64,000 nt of DNA from an uncultured Candidatus Saccharibacteria bacterium. Its GTDB lineage: Bacteria; Patescibacteriota; Saccharimonadia; Saccharimonadales; JAGQNJ01. The stretch covers positions 47,873-111,872 of the forward strand of contig CAZPVO010000001.1 in assembly GCA_964590205.1 (NCBI GenBank), written 5' to 3'. The notes beneath the pieces were generated by a model that saw only the letters and a program-made list of their open reading frames with translations, made no database searches and was not told the DNA's origin. Both the position numbers and the translations under genes were made by a program. Each line of letters starts with the position of its first letter. The first letter of the stretch is position 1. This document shows positions 30,918 to 40,524 of this stretch, piece by piece.

Positions 30918-32810
30918 ATGAACGCACAGGAAATTCGTAAAGCCTATTTAGATTTTTTCAAAAACCGTGATCACGTCATTATCCCGCGGGCAAAGTTAGT
31001 GCCGGATAACGATCCAACTACGCTTTTTACTGGCTCGGGTATGCAGCCGCTATTGCCATATTTACTTGGTGAAAAACACCCTAGTGGTACAAGGTTGGCC
31101 GATAGTCAGACTGTTATTCGTGTACAAGACATTGAAGAGGTTGGTGATAATCGTCACGATACGTTATTCGAAATGCTAGGTAACTGGAGTTTGGGTGATT
31201 ACTTTAAGAAAGAACAAATTCCATGGTTTTGGGAATTCATGACTGATAAGGCAGGGCTGGATCCAAATCATCTATATGTAACTCTATTTATTGGTGATGA
31301 CACATATAAAATTCCAAGAGACACCGAAGCGGCAAATATTTGGAAAGAAGTTCTGTCAAAAGATAAAATTGATGCTAAAGAGGCCGACATGGGTAGCGAG
31401 GAAGACGCTGCCAAACGAGGTATGAAACCAGGCGAGAAGATTTTTTATTACGATGGTTCGAAAAACTGGTGGAGTAGAGCTGGTAAGCCTGAAAACATGC
31501 CACCAGGGGAGCCAGGCGGTCCAACTACAGAAATGTTTTATGAATTTGATTTTGTGGAGCATAACCCTGAATACGGCGAAAATTGCCATCCGAACTGTGA
31601 CTGCGGTCGGTTTGTAGAAGTTGGCAACTCCGTTTTTATGGAATATCTGAAAACCGAAAAAGGTATTGAGAAACTGCCAAAACAAAATGTTGACTGCGGC
31701 TGCGGCTTAGAGCGAATCGCCATGGCGGCGATTAATAGCCCGGATGTATTTAAGATCAGTATTTTGTGGCCAATTGTTGAAGCGCTCGAAAAACTGAGTG
31801 GCAAAACATATGATTCACACACCAATGCCATGCGGGTGGTTGCCGATCATTTGCGGGCAGCAACTTTCTTGGCTGTTGATGGTGTAAAGCCAAGCAATAA
31901 AGAACAGGGTTATGTAATGCGCCGGCTCCTTCGCCGCGCGATTCGTTTTGCATTTGATCTTGGAATTGAACAGAACTTCTTGCAAGACGTGGTGCCGGTT
32001 GTGGCTGAGCTTTATGAAGACGATTACCCAGAAGTCAAAAAGAACAAAGATGAAGTGATTGAAACTCTTGTGCGTGAGGAAAAAGTTTTCCGCCAGACCT
32101 TGCGAAAAGGTGTTCGTGAACTACAAAAAATGGGCAAGTCTGGTAAGCTTACGGGTGCGGATATCTTTACTCTTTATGACACCTATGGCTTCCCTGTTGA
32201 ACTGAGTGTTGAGGAAGCCACGATTCAAGGTGTAAGTGTGCCAGAAAAGTGGCAAGAAGAATTTGAAAAACATATGAAAGAGCAGCGTGAGCGTTCACAA
32301 ACTGCTGCCAAGGGAACATTTAAGGGCGGACTTGGTGGCCAAAAAGATATTCACAAAAAATACCACACAGCCACGCACTTGATGTATGAAAGCTTGCGCC
32401 GAACGCTTGGTGATCATGTAACTCAGCACGGCTCTAACATCACCGAAGAACGACTGCGTTTTGACTTTAGCCATCCCGAAAAAGTCACGCCGGAGCAACT
32501 CAAAAAAGTTGAAGATATGGTTAACGAACAAATTGACAATGATCTAACAGTGACGTTCGAAGAACATCCTAAAGAATATGCACTGAAAGAACTTAAACCA
32601 CTTGGTCATTTTGGTGATCGCTATGGTGATGTGATCAAAATCTACCGCATGCAGGGCAACGGTGATGACAAGCCATTTAGCTATGAAATTTGTGGCGGCC
32701 CGCATGTTGATCATACTGGAGAATTAGCAGCAGGCGGCAAAAAGTTCAAAATCAAAAAAGAAGAAGCGTCCTCTGCCGGCATTCGCCGCATCAAAGCTGT
32801 ACTCGAGTAG
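30918..32810 (+). CDS. alaS: Alanyl-tRNA synthetase, truncated architecture (630 aa, no C-Ala domain)
   Basis: The N-terminal FFKNRDHVIIPRAKLVP.NDPTTLFTGSGM and FEMLGNWSLGDYFK are class II AlaRS motifs. The editing-site motifs HTATHLM and CGGPHV are present, and the protein ends soon after them. Confidence 0.9.
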   Translation: MNAQEIRKAYLDFFKNRDHVIIPRAKLVPDNDPTTLFTGSGMQPLLPYLLGEKHPSGTRLADSQTVIRVQDIEEVGDNRHDTLFEMLGNWSLGDYFKKEQIPWFWEFMTDKAGLDPNHLYVTLFIGDDTYKIPRDTEAANIWKEVLSKDKIDAKEADMGSEEDAAKRGMKPGEKIFYYDGSKNWWSRAGKPENMPPGEPGGPTTEMFYEFDFVEHNPEYGENCHPNCDCGRFVEVGNSVFMEYLKTEKGIEKLPKQNVDCGCGLERIAMAAINSPDVFKISILWPIVEALEKLSGKTYDSHTNAMRVVADHLRAATFLAVDGVKPSNKEQGYVMRRLLRRAIRFAFDLGIEQNFLQDVVPVVAELYEDDYPEVKKNKDEVIETLVREEKVFRQTLRKGVRELQKMGKSGKLTGADIFTLYDTYGFPVELSVEEATIQGVSVPEKWQEEFEKHMKEQRERSQTAAKGTFKGGLGGQKDIHKKYHTATHLMYESLRRTLGDHVTQHGSNITEERLRFDFSHPEKVTPEQLKKVEDMVNEQIDNDLTVTFEEHPKEYALKELKPLGHFGDRYGDVIKIYRMQGNGDDKPFSYEICGGPHVDHTGELAAGGKKFKIKKEEASSAGIRRIKAVLE

Positions 32811-32856
32811 ATTCTCTTGTAATAACTAATAATGGTTGTATAATAGCTCTCCAGCA

Positions 32857-33213
32857 ATGAGTAGAGCCAGAGTGTTTACGCCCAGTTTGAAACACATTTA
32901 CGAAGATGCCTGCGAAAGGCATCTTGACCATAGTCCACACGCTCGTGTAGCTGAACTATATGGTGATCTCGATCCATCGAAGTTAACTGTAGATATTCAT
33001 TGGGTATCTCAGGGTAGGGATTTCGAGAATTTTGAGTATTTTACTCGCGAGCGTCTCTTTTTGCCGAGTCTAGACGTGTTTAGCCATAGGCATAATCTTG
33101 GTCTTGTACCTGCACTCGGTCCCTTTAAATCAACTCGAGTTTCAACTTTCGCTATTGAGCCCGCGCATTTACTTGATATTTTGGCTGAAGTCGTCCAAAT
33201 GCCGCCCGAATAA
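32857..33213 (+). CDS. Hypothetical protein (118 aa)
   Basis: The ORF-track TTG at 32836 overlaps a TATAAT (32839-32844), so the ATG at 32857 would give a very short leader. No family recognised. Confidence 0.45.
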   Translation: MSRARVFTPSLKHIYEDACERHLDHSPHARVAELYGDLDPSKLTVDIHWVSQGRDFENFEYFTRERLFLPSLDVFSHRHNLGLVPALGPFKSTRVSTFAIEPAHLLDILAEVVQMPPE

Positions 33214-33257
33214 ACGGCGGTTATCATACGCCTTGCTATGCTATAATCAAAGAAGTT

Positions 33258-34541
33258 ATGCTTGAAAAATTGAAGAGCTTGAAACCAGACAAGTCTAATA
33301 GCAAGTCCAAAAATGACCGCTACATGGTGGCACTCGATATCGGCACCGAATTTGTCAAAGCTTTGATTGCTAAATTCGATGGTAAAAGTGCTGAAATTAT
33401 CGGTGTTGGCAGAGCTCATCAAAAGCTGGGTGACATGCAGGCTGGTGCTATTGCTGATATTACTGGTGTAGTTGCTAATTGCGATAAGGCATTGAATGAA
33501 GCCGAGCAGCAAGCCGGTGTGAGTGCGCGCACGGTTGTGATTGGAATCGCCGGCGAACTTGTTAAAGGCACGACCACAACTGTCAGATGTCGTCGCAGTA
33601 ACTCGGAAAAACCACTATCTATTGAAGAAGTCGAAAAAATTATTCGCTTAGTGCAGGAAAAAGCCGAAAAGAAAGCTCGACAGCAATTGGCGTGGGAACT
33701 TGGTGGCAAGCAAGTTGATATTCGTTTGGTGAACAGCGCTCTAGTTGGTATCGACATCGATGGCTACAAAGTAACCAATCCAATTGGTTTTCAGGGGCGA
33801 GATGTGGTTGTGCAGCTCTACACCGCATTTGCGCCGCTTATTCACATTGGTGCGCTGGAGCGTACGGCACAGGAACTCGATTTAGACCTGTTAGCCGTGG
33901 CAGCTGAACCATTTGCCGTCGCCCGGTCCGTCATTGGTGATGACAGTGGCTCGAGTATGAGCGCCATTCTCATGGACGTTGGTGGTGGAACCACTGACAT
34001 CGCTGTTATTAACGATGGTGGTGTGCAAGGCACGAAAATGTTTGGCATTGGCGGGCGGGCATACACTCGATCAGTTGAGCGTGAACTGGGCACTGATTTT
34101 GACAAGGCTGAAGAATACAAACTAGGACTCTCTACCCATAAAATTCCGCAGGAACAAATTAAGCCAACTCGCGATGCTCTTCGAAAAACTCTTGATGTTT
34201 GGATTAGTGGCGTGGAGCTTGCGCTCAGCGAATTCGACCAACTTGATCATTTGCCGAATCGACTCTTGCTGTGTGGTGGTGGTTCAAGTCTTGATATGCT
34301 CATGGAAAAACTCGAAGCCGAAGCGTGGCACAAAGAATTGCCATTTACGCGCAAGCCTGTTGTACAACACATTCAGCCAAACCAAGTCGTTGGCATTGTT
34401 GATAAAACAGACACAATCAACGACCACACATATATCACAGCTATGGGGCTGATTCGGGTCGGGCTTGATACAATGCAAGCAGGCTCTGATAAAGATTCAA
34501 CTTCTATCAGAGAACGAATAGATAGGATGCTGAAAGTATAA
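33258..34541 (+). CDS. ftsA: Actin-like ATPase, FtsA family cell-division protein
   Basis: ALDIGTEFVKAL (phosphate 1), DVGGGTTDIAV (phosphate 2), LCGGGS (adenosine motif); 427 aa. Confidence 0.8.
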   Translation: MLEKLKSLKPDKSNSKSKNDRYMVALDIGTEFVKALIAKFDGKSAEIIGVGRAHQKLGDMQAGAIADITGVVANCDKALNEAEQQAGVSARTVVIGIAGELVKGTTTTVRCRRSNSEKPLSIEEVEKIIRLVQEKAEKKARQQLAWELGGKQVDIRLVNSALVGIDIDGYKVTNPIGFQGRDVVVQLYTAFAPLIHIGALERTAQELDLDLLAVAAEPFAVARSVIGDDSGSSMSAILMDVGGGTTDIAVINDGGVQGTKMFGIGGRAYTRSVERELGTDFDKAEEYKLGLSTHKIPQEQIKPTRDALRKTLDVWISGVELALSEFDQLDHLPNRLLLCGGGSSLDMLMEKLEAEAWHKELPFTRKPVVQHIQPNQVVGIVDKTDTINDHTYITAMGLIRVGLDTMQAGSDKDSTSIRERIDRMLKV

Positions 34542-36217
34542 TGCCGACGCCAACTGATAAAGACACTATTTATATCGATGTTGATGACGAAATTACGGCC
34601 ATCATTGATAAAGTTCAGGCCAGCCCTGGCAAGCTTGTAGCGCTTGTGCTACCAAAGCGGGCGACGGTACTGCAAAGCATCGTGAATATGAAGCTGCTTA
34701 AGCGCGCGGCCGCGAGCGCACATAAGAATTTAGTACTTGTTACCTCTGAGGCTGGATTATTACCACTAGCCGGTGCTGCTGGTATGCATGTAGCTAAAAA
34801 TTTGCAGTCAAAGCCTGAAATTCCAGAGGAACCAAAAGTGGGCCAGCATGATGAGGAAGAAGTTGCGGCAGATGTTGATGATGAAGGTGGATCTGAGTCA
34901 GAAGCTGATGCCAGTAAATCAGTTGGTGCGTTGGCCACAAAAAGCTCAACTCAAAAGCCAAAAGCCGAAGAAACAATCGATGTTGATAATGATACGCCGG
35001 CCGAAGCAACTGCGGCTGGTGCGGCCAAAAAAGCCAAAAAGAAGTCTAAGAAAGACAAGAACAAAGTTCCAAATTTTGATAAATTCCGTAAGCGTTTGCT
35101 TATTGGTGGCGCAGTTCTACTTGGCTTGATTGTCTTTTGGTATTTTGCGATGTTTCGCTTGCCAAAAGCTACCATTACCATAAAAACAGATACTACAAAT
35201 AAAACGGCAAGTGCTACTTTTACGGCCAGTCCTGGAGCACCGGCTGTCGATGTTAATTCGAGTATTGTTCCAGCCAAAGCGGCCGAGTCTCCAAAATCTG
35301 ATCAACAGAGTGCACCAGCCACTGGCCAAAAAGACAATGGGGCCAAAGCAACAGGTACGGCAACCATGACGGCCAAAAACTGCTCGAGTTTAGCAACACC
35401 AGCAAGTGTCCCCGCTGGCACGACGCTTTCGTCAGGCAATGTTTCGTATACAACCGACGGCAGTGCAACATTTGTCTTCGACAACATATCTGGTGGTTGT
35501 ATTAACTTTAAAGCAAACTCGGTCAATATTACTTCTCAGAATCCTGGACCTGCTTCGAATATAAATGGTGTCAGTTTAGCTGTTGCTGGGCGAAGTGATG
35601 TCTCTGCAAGTGGGACGGCAAGTGGCGGAACGACTCAAATAGTAAAGGTTGTCAATCAATCAGATGTTGATGCTGCTAAAGCCAAATTTGCTAACAATGA
35701 TGACACGGTTAAAGATCAGCTCAAGAAAAATCTGCAAGATCAGGGCTACTTACCGCTGGTTGACTCATTTACCGTAAAAGGTGCCCAAACCACTGTTTCG
35801 CCGGATGTTGGGCAACAGGGCGATCAAGTAACTGTTACCACCAAAGGCACCTATCATATGCTGGGTGTCAAAGAGAATGATCTGCACCAAATTATCGATC
35901 AAGCTATGAGTGGCGATATTGACAAGGACAAGCAGCAAATTCAAGATTATGGATTACAGAATGCCACATTTAAGGTTGTCAAAACCAACAACGACAATGT
36001 CACAATGACTGTTGATACCCAGGTAGCAGTAGGACCAAAGATAAATCAGGATGATCTCAAGAAACAAATCGCTGGCCAGAAAAAAGGCGACACCGAAAAT
36101 ACCATCAAAGCTCTTCCTGGCGTCAAAGATGTGACTGTCAAATACAGCCCATTCTGGGTCAGCAAAACACCGAAAAATACCTCTAAGATAACCCTGAAGT
36201 TTGAAAAGGCGGATTGA
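34541..36217 (+). CDS. Bitopic membrane protein of unknown function (558 aa), translationally coupled to ftsA
   Basis: TAATG overlap with the ftsA stop. It has an N-terminal soluble domain of about 95 aa, an acidic then K-rich linker (AKKAKKKSKKDKNK), one TM segment (LLIGGAVLLGLIVFWYFAMF), and an S/T/G/N-rich external part of about 350 aa. Confidence 0.7.
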   Translation: MPTPTDKDTIYIDVDDEITAIIDKVQASPGKLVALVLPKRATVLQSIVNMKLLKRAAASAHKNLVLVTSEAGLLPLAGAAGMHVAKNLQSKPEIPEEPKVGQHDEEEVAADVDDEGGSESEADASKSVGALATKSSTQKPKAEETIDVDNDTPAEATAAGAAKKAKKKSKKDKNKVPNFDKFRKRLLIGGAVLLGLIVFWYFAMFRLPKATITIKTDTTNKTASATFTASPGAPAVDVNSSIVPAKAAESPKSDQQSAPATGQKDNGAKATGTATMTAKNCSSLATPASVPAGTTLSSGNVSYTTDGSATFVFDNISGGCINFKANSVNITSQNPGPASNINGVSLAVAGRSDVSASGTASGGTTQIVKVVNQSDVDAAKAKFANNDDTVKDQLKKNLQDQGYLPLVDSFTVKGAQTTVSPDVGQQGDQVTVTTKGTYHMLGVKENDLHQIIDQAMSGDIDKDKQQIQDYGLQNATFKVVKTNNDNVTMTVDTQVAVGPKINQDDLKKQIAGQKKGDTENTIKALPGVKDVTVKYSPFWVSKTPKNTSKITLKFEKAD

Positions 36218-36648
36218 TGAGCGATCAAGGCTCGTTCTTAGCTCTGGATGTGGGCGAGCGTCGCATTGGGGTAGCACTCGCAGATTCTGTGGCTAAAATT
36301 GCCAGTCCGCTGCAAACTCTCAGCAACGATAAGGAAGTCCTTGATACAATAGTAAATCTGGTAGACGAACACGCTGCGCAAGTAGTGGTCGTAGGTTTAC
36401 CAAGAGGGCTCGAAGGACAGGAAACTAGCCAAACAAAATCTGTCCGTCAATTTGCCGAGAAGTTAGAAAAGAAACTTAAAAAGCCTATACAATTTCAAGA
36501 TGAGGCACTCAGTTCCATTCGAGCCGAGGAAAAACTAAAGAGCCATAAAGATTCGTATGTAAAAGAAGATATTGATATGTACGCAGCAGCATATATTTTG
36601 CAAGAGTATTTGGATTATCTAACTGCCCAAGGAGCAACAAATGGCTAA
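36214..36648 (+). CDS. ruvX: YqgF/RuvX-family putative pre-16S rRNA nuclease / Holliday junction resolvase-like
   Basis: LALDVGERRIGVALAD motif; ATGA overlap with the upstream gene. Confidence 0.85.
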   Translation: MMSDQGSFLALDVGERRIGVALADSVAKIASPLQTLSNDKEVLDTIVNLVDEHAAQVVVVGLPRGLEGQETSQTKSVRQFAEKLEKKLKKPIQFQDEALSSIRAEEKLKSHKDSYVKEDIDMYAAAYILQEYLDYLTAQGATNG

Positions 36649-37687
36649 ACATCTCAGTAAACGATCATGGGTGGCTCGTCTTATTGTGGTGGCATTGATA
36701 ATACTTGCTGTATTAGTATCTGCAACAGTGGTTGTGCGACAGGCCTATTACAATAATCTTAAGCCAGTTAGCAAGTCTCAGACACAAAAATTGATTACTG
36801 TACCGCAAGGTGCTTCGGTCCAAGAAATTGCCCAAGATCTTAAAGATGCTGGTCTTATTCGACAAACCTGGTCGTTTGAGTGGTATGTTCGGAGTAATGA
36901 TCTTCGTGATAACCTCAAAGCCGGTACTTATTCTTTTAGTCCGAGCCAAAGTACTCCGGATATTGCAGCAGTTATCGCTAAGGGCGAAGTCGCCACCGCT
37001 CTCGTTACTATTTTGCCGGGCTCAAGGCTTGATCAAGTGCGCGCCACGCTTATTAATAGTGGCTTTAAACCGGCCGACGTCGACGCCGCTCTTAAACCCG
37101 AAAACTATGCTAATCATCCGGCGTTGGTAGACAAGCCGGCTGGTGCAAGTTTAGAAGGTTATTTATATCCTGAATCGTTCCAGAAAACTGATGCGACAAC
37201 GCCTGGGCAAATTGTAAAAGCTAGTTTAGATGAAATGCAAAAACGTCTGACACCAGCGGTCAGAGCAGGCATCGTCAAACAAGGTCTCACCGTCCACGAA
37301 GGTGTAACGCTCGCTTCAATTATTGAAAAAGAAGTGAGTAACCCTGATGATAAAGCTCAAGTGGCCCAAGTTTTCTTGAATCGCTTGCATCAAGGCATGA
37401 AACTGCAATCTAATGTAACGGTCATTTATGGCGCCGTCCTACAAAATATAGACAATCCTGATCTTTCGCTTGATTCTCCTTATAACACCTATTTGCACAC
37501 CGGTTTGCCGCCAGGTCCGATCAGCAATGTTACGGATAGTTCGCTTAACGCTGTTGTGAATCCAGCGCCATCTGATAATTTGTATTTTGTAGCTGGCGAC
37601 GATGGTAAGACGTACTTTGCAACTAATGACGCTGATCATCAGGCGCAAGTTAAGCAATATTGCCAAAAGAAGTGTCAACAACTCTGA
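36641..37687 (+). CDS. mltG: Endolytic murein transglycosylase MltG (YceG-like)
   Basis: N-terminal TM anchor, a LysM-like fold region, LASIIEKE and GLPPGPI motifs. Confidence 0.88.
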   Translation: MAKHLSKRSWVARLIVVALIILAVLVSATVVVRQAYYNNLKPVSKSQTQKLITVPQGASVQEIAQDLKDAGLIRQTWSFEWYVRSNDLRDNLKAGTYSFSPSQSTPDIAAVIAKGEVATALVTILPGSRLDQVRATLINSGFKPADVDAALKPENYANHPALVDKPAGASLEGYLYPESFQKTDATTPGQIVKASLDEMQKRLTPAVRAGIVKQGLTVHEGVTLASIIEKEVSNPDDKAQVAQVFLNRLHQGMKLQSNVTVIYGAVLQNIDNPDLSLDSPYNTYLHTGLPPGPISNVTDSSLNAVVNPAPSDNLYFVAGDDGKTYFATNDADHQAQVKQYCQKKCQQL

Positions 37688-37739
37688 GTTGGTGCTCAAG
37701 TGTGAAGCTCAGAACAGAGGTCAAACTGCTTAGAAAAAG

Positions 37740-37768
37740 TTGTTGAAAAGCTAACATTTTGGTATAAT
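37740..37768 (+). promoter_or_regulatory. Candidate extended -10 promoter for the long leader of the LysM/CHAP gene
   Basis: TTGTTG (37740-37745), a 17-nt spacer ending in TGG, then TATAAT (37763-37768). Confidence 0.45.
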
Positions 37769-38030
37769 CTTGTTCAGCAACTTATGCCTTTGCTATAGGG
37801 GTATAACAGAGGTCAGGAGTTGCGCTTTAGCTGTCGATTACAATAAATCAAGAGGTCGATTTCTTGAAAAAGTCATTAACCAACGCTAAAGTTTCGGTGC
37901 TCCCTCTATAATTGTTTGCACCGGGAGAATTTGTATTAGTAGTTCACCTCAAACTCTTAACCGAGAGGTTTCCGCTCGTTTAGGAGAATTACAATCTGAT
38001 CTTAAGCAACGCCAGTGGTATCGCCGTGCG

Positions 38031-39086
38031 TTGTCTAAGAAGAATCGCAAGCGTACTATTCGTTATAGTTTGCTGGCCGCCAATCTGGTAGTTTTGGTAA
38101 TGGCGATCGTTTTTGTAACGCATCAGTCAAGCCCAAATCAACCTGTTAATTCAAGCGTGCTAGCCTCACCAAATAACGAAGTTGCTGCTAATCCACTTGA
38201 TCAATTATCATCTGCTGATATTGCTGTGCATGTTGCTCGCGCAACTGGTTTGCCTGAGTCTACCTCTGTTGTTAACAAGGCTGACACCGAGAATGCGCAG
38301 CTCAATATCACCGAATCAAACAACGTGGTTACTTCTAAGCCACAAGTTATTGCTACCGGACTAAAATCACGTCGAGATATTCAAAAATATGTAACCCAGC
38401 CAGGTGATACAGTTTCTAGTATTGCCGCTAAATTTGGTATAACGTCAGATACAATTTTGTGGTCTAACAACCTTAAAAGTGACAGCGTGGCACCCGGCAA
38501 GGAGTTAATCATTTCGCCAATTAACGGTGTTGTATATCAGGTTAAACCTGGTGATACGGCTGATAGCGTGGCTGCAAAATTCCATGGTCAAAAAGATCAA
38601 ATCGTTGCATTTAACGACACTGAGCTGACTGGTTTGCCAGTTGGCGAATATATTGTTATTCCAAATGGTCAGCCTGGTGGAACTGGTGGAAATGCGGCCC
38701 TTGCTAATGTTGCCTCAGCCAGTGGTTTTGCATGGGGTGGTGGTGGCGCAGTTTATAGTGGTAACGGCTATGATTATGGTTACTGTACTTGGTGGGCTGC
38801 AAACCGCCGTGCTCAGATTGGCCGACCAATTCCTAGCAACTTAGGTAACGCCAGTACATGGAAAATCCTTGCTCAACGGGCTGGTTTTGGCGTTGGTAAC
38901 GCACCGCAACCCGGCGCGGTTATCTGGACACCGCCACATGATTATTACGGACATGTTGGATTTGTTGAATCTGTAAATCCAGATGGTAGTGTTGTTGTAT
39001 CGGAGATGAACGTTGTTGGTTGGGGCCGAGTGGATACGAAGACGCTTTCTCCAGAGCAAGCTGCCGGTTACGGCTACATCTATTAG
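38031..39086 (+). CDS. Secreted or membrane-anchored peptidoglycan hydrolase with 2x LysM and a C-terminal CHAP domain
   Basis: TTG is the first possible start in the frame. K/R-rich N-terminus plus a TM segment. Two LysM repeats (YVTQPGDTVSSIAAKFG.., YQVKPGDTADSVAAKF..). The CHAP motifs are YGYCTWWAANRR (catalytic Cys) and YGHVGFVESV (His). Confidence 0.85.
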   Translation: MSKKNRKRTIRYSLLAANLVVLVMAIVFVTHQSSPNQPVNSSVLASPNNEVAANPLDQLSSADIAVHVARATGLPESTSVVNKADTENAQLNITESNNVVTSKPQVIATGLKSRRDIQKYVTQPGDTVSSIAAKFGITSDTILWSNNLKSDSVAPGKELIISPINGVVYQVKPGDTADSVAAKFHGQKDQIVAFNDTELTGLPVGEYIVIPNGQPGGTGGNAALANVASASGFAWGGGGAVYSGNGYDYGYCTWWAANRRAQIGRPIPSNLGNASTWKILAQRAGFGVGNAPQPGAVIWTPPHDYYGHVGFVESVNPDGSVVVSEMNVVGWGRVDTKTLSPEQAAGYGYIY

Positions 39087-39209
39087 GCTGCGCTTCGCTG
39101 GCCCCTAAGACAAACCTACGGTTTTTCTCATCGCGCCGAAGAGTCGAATGAATCGTCTCTGTGGGCTTCTCTTTTCCCTTAGGACGTCACCTCTGTTATA
39201 ATTTGGGTA

Positions 39210-40493
39210 ATGTTTGTTGATGTTGCAAAAGTAAAAGTCGAGGCTGGAAATGGCGGCAATGGTGTCGTTAGTTTTCGGCATGAAATTTATGTTGATCGTG
39301 GTGGCCCGGATGGTGGTGACGGCGGTAATGGCGGCAGCGTTATTATGCAGGCTAGTCGAAACCAAAATACGCTGGCCTCGTTTCGCTATCAAAAACTTGT
39401 GAAAGCTACTGATGGTGGTGCGGGCAGCAAACGTAAAAAACATGGTAAAAGCGGTCAAGACTTGATTGTTGCTGTGCCCGTTGGCACCATGATCATTCGT
39501 TTGGATGATAATGAAGTTCTTGCCGATCTAACAGAGGACGGCCAACAGGCGATTATAGCAGCAGGTGGTAAAGGTGGTTTTGGCAATGCTCATTTTACGA
39601 GCTCGGTTCGCCAAGCGCCAAAAGTTGCTGAAAAAGGTGAAAAAGGCGAGCAACTCGAAGTTGTTCTGGAACTAAAAATGATTGCCGATGTGGGGTTGGT
39701 CGGTTTGCCTAATGCGGGCAAATCTACGCTTTTAGCCAGCATTAGCAATGCTCGGCCGGAAATCGCTAATTATCCATTTACCACGCTTACGCCAAATCTT
39801 GGGGTAGTTGATGTCGATAAAAAACATAGTTTACTTGTAGCGGATATCCCTGGCTTAATCGAAGGTGCGAGCGAGGGCAAAGGTCTTGGCGATGAATTCT
39901 TGAGGCATGTCGAACGTACAAGTGTACTTGTTCATCTAATTGATACCTACAACGATGATGTAGCAGCTGTATATAAGACTATTCAGCAAGAACTTAGAGA
40001 TTATGAAACTGATTTAACTAAGCGTCCGCAAGTTGTTGTACTGACTAAAATCGAAGGATTAGACAAGCAGATTATTGATGATCAGATGAAAAGCCTCAAA
40101 AAAGTATTGCCAGCGCGAACGCCGCTGTTCGCTATCTCGGCAAAAAGCCATGAAGGCGTTGCGGAATTACTATATGCAGTTGACAAACTAGTCCAGAAAC
40201 AACGCGCCAAACAAGCCGAGCAAATTAAAAGTAATCCAACTTTGCCGGTTATTCGTCTGACTAATGAAGATGACGCCTGGAACATCACAAAAAAAGGTAA
40301 AGACTACGTTATTACAGGGGTAAAGATTGAACGCTTTGCTCAACGAACTGATTTTGAAAATCCACATGGCGTACAGCGACTACGCGATATTATGCGTAAA
40401 ATGGGAATTCTGCATGAGCTTGAGCGCAAAAAAGTCGATCCTGGGCAGAAAATTATTATTGGCGATCCAGCGATCGGTGAGCTAGAGTATTGA
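39210..40493 (+). CDS. obg: GTPase Obg/CgtA
   Basis: MFVD.AKV.V.AGNGGNG glycine-rich Obg fold, GLPNAGKST, DIPGLIEGA, and a C-terminal OCT-like domain. Confidence 0.93.
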   Translation: MFVDVAKVKVEAGNGGNGVVSFRHEIYVDRGGPDGGDGGNGGSVIMQASRNQNTLASFRYQKLVKATDGGAGSKRKKHGKSGQDLIVAVPVGTMIIRLDDNEVLADLTEDGQQAIIAAGGKGGFGNAHFTSSVRQAPKVAEKGEKGEQLEVVLELKMIADVGLVGLPNAGKSTLLASISNARPEIANYPFTTLTPNLGVVDVDKKHSLLVADIPGLIEGASEGKGLGDEFLRHVERTSVLVHLIDTYNDDVAAVYKTIQQELRDYETDLTKRPQVVVLTKIEGLDKQIIDDQMKSLKKVLPARTPLFAISAKSHEGVAELLYAVDKLVQKQRAKQAEQIKSNPTLPVIRLTNEDDAWNITKKGKDYVITGVKIERFAQRTDFENPHGVQRLRDIMRKMGILHELERKKVDPGQKIIIGDPAIGELEY

Positions 40494-40524
40494 CAGTATT
40501 TTCATTCTATGGTATTATTGTTAA

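Noticed and set aside
37769-38030. c-di-AMP (ydaO/yuaA) riboswitch upstream of the LysM/CHAP hydrolase
   Set aside because: The conserved GGGGA..CCCA, GAAUC and CCGAACCCG elements are not present. Only the genomic context fits.
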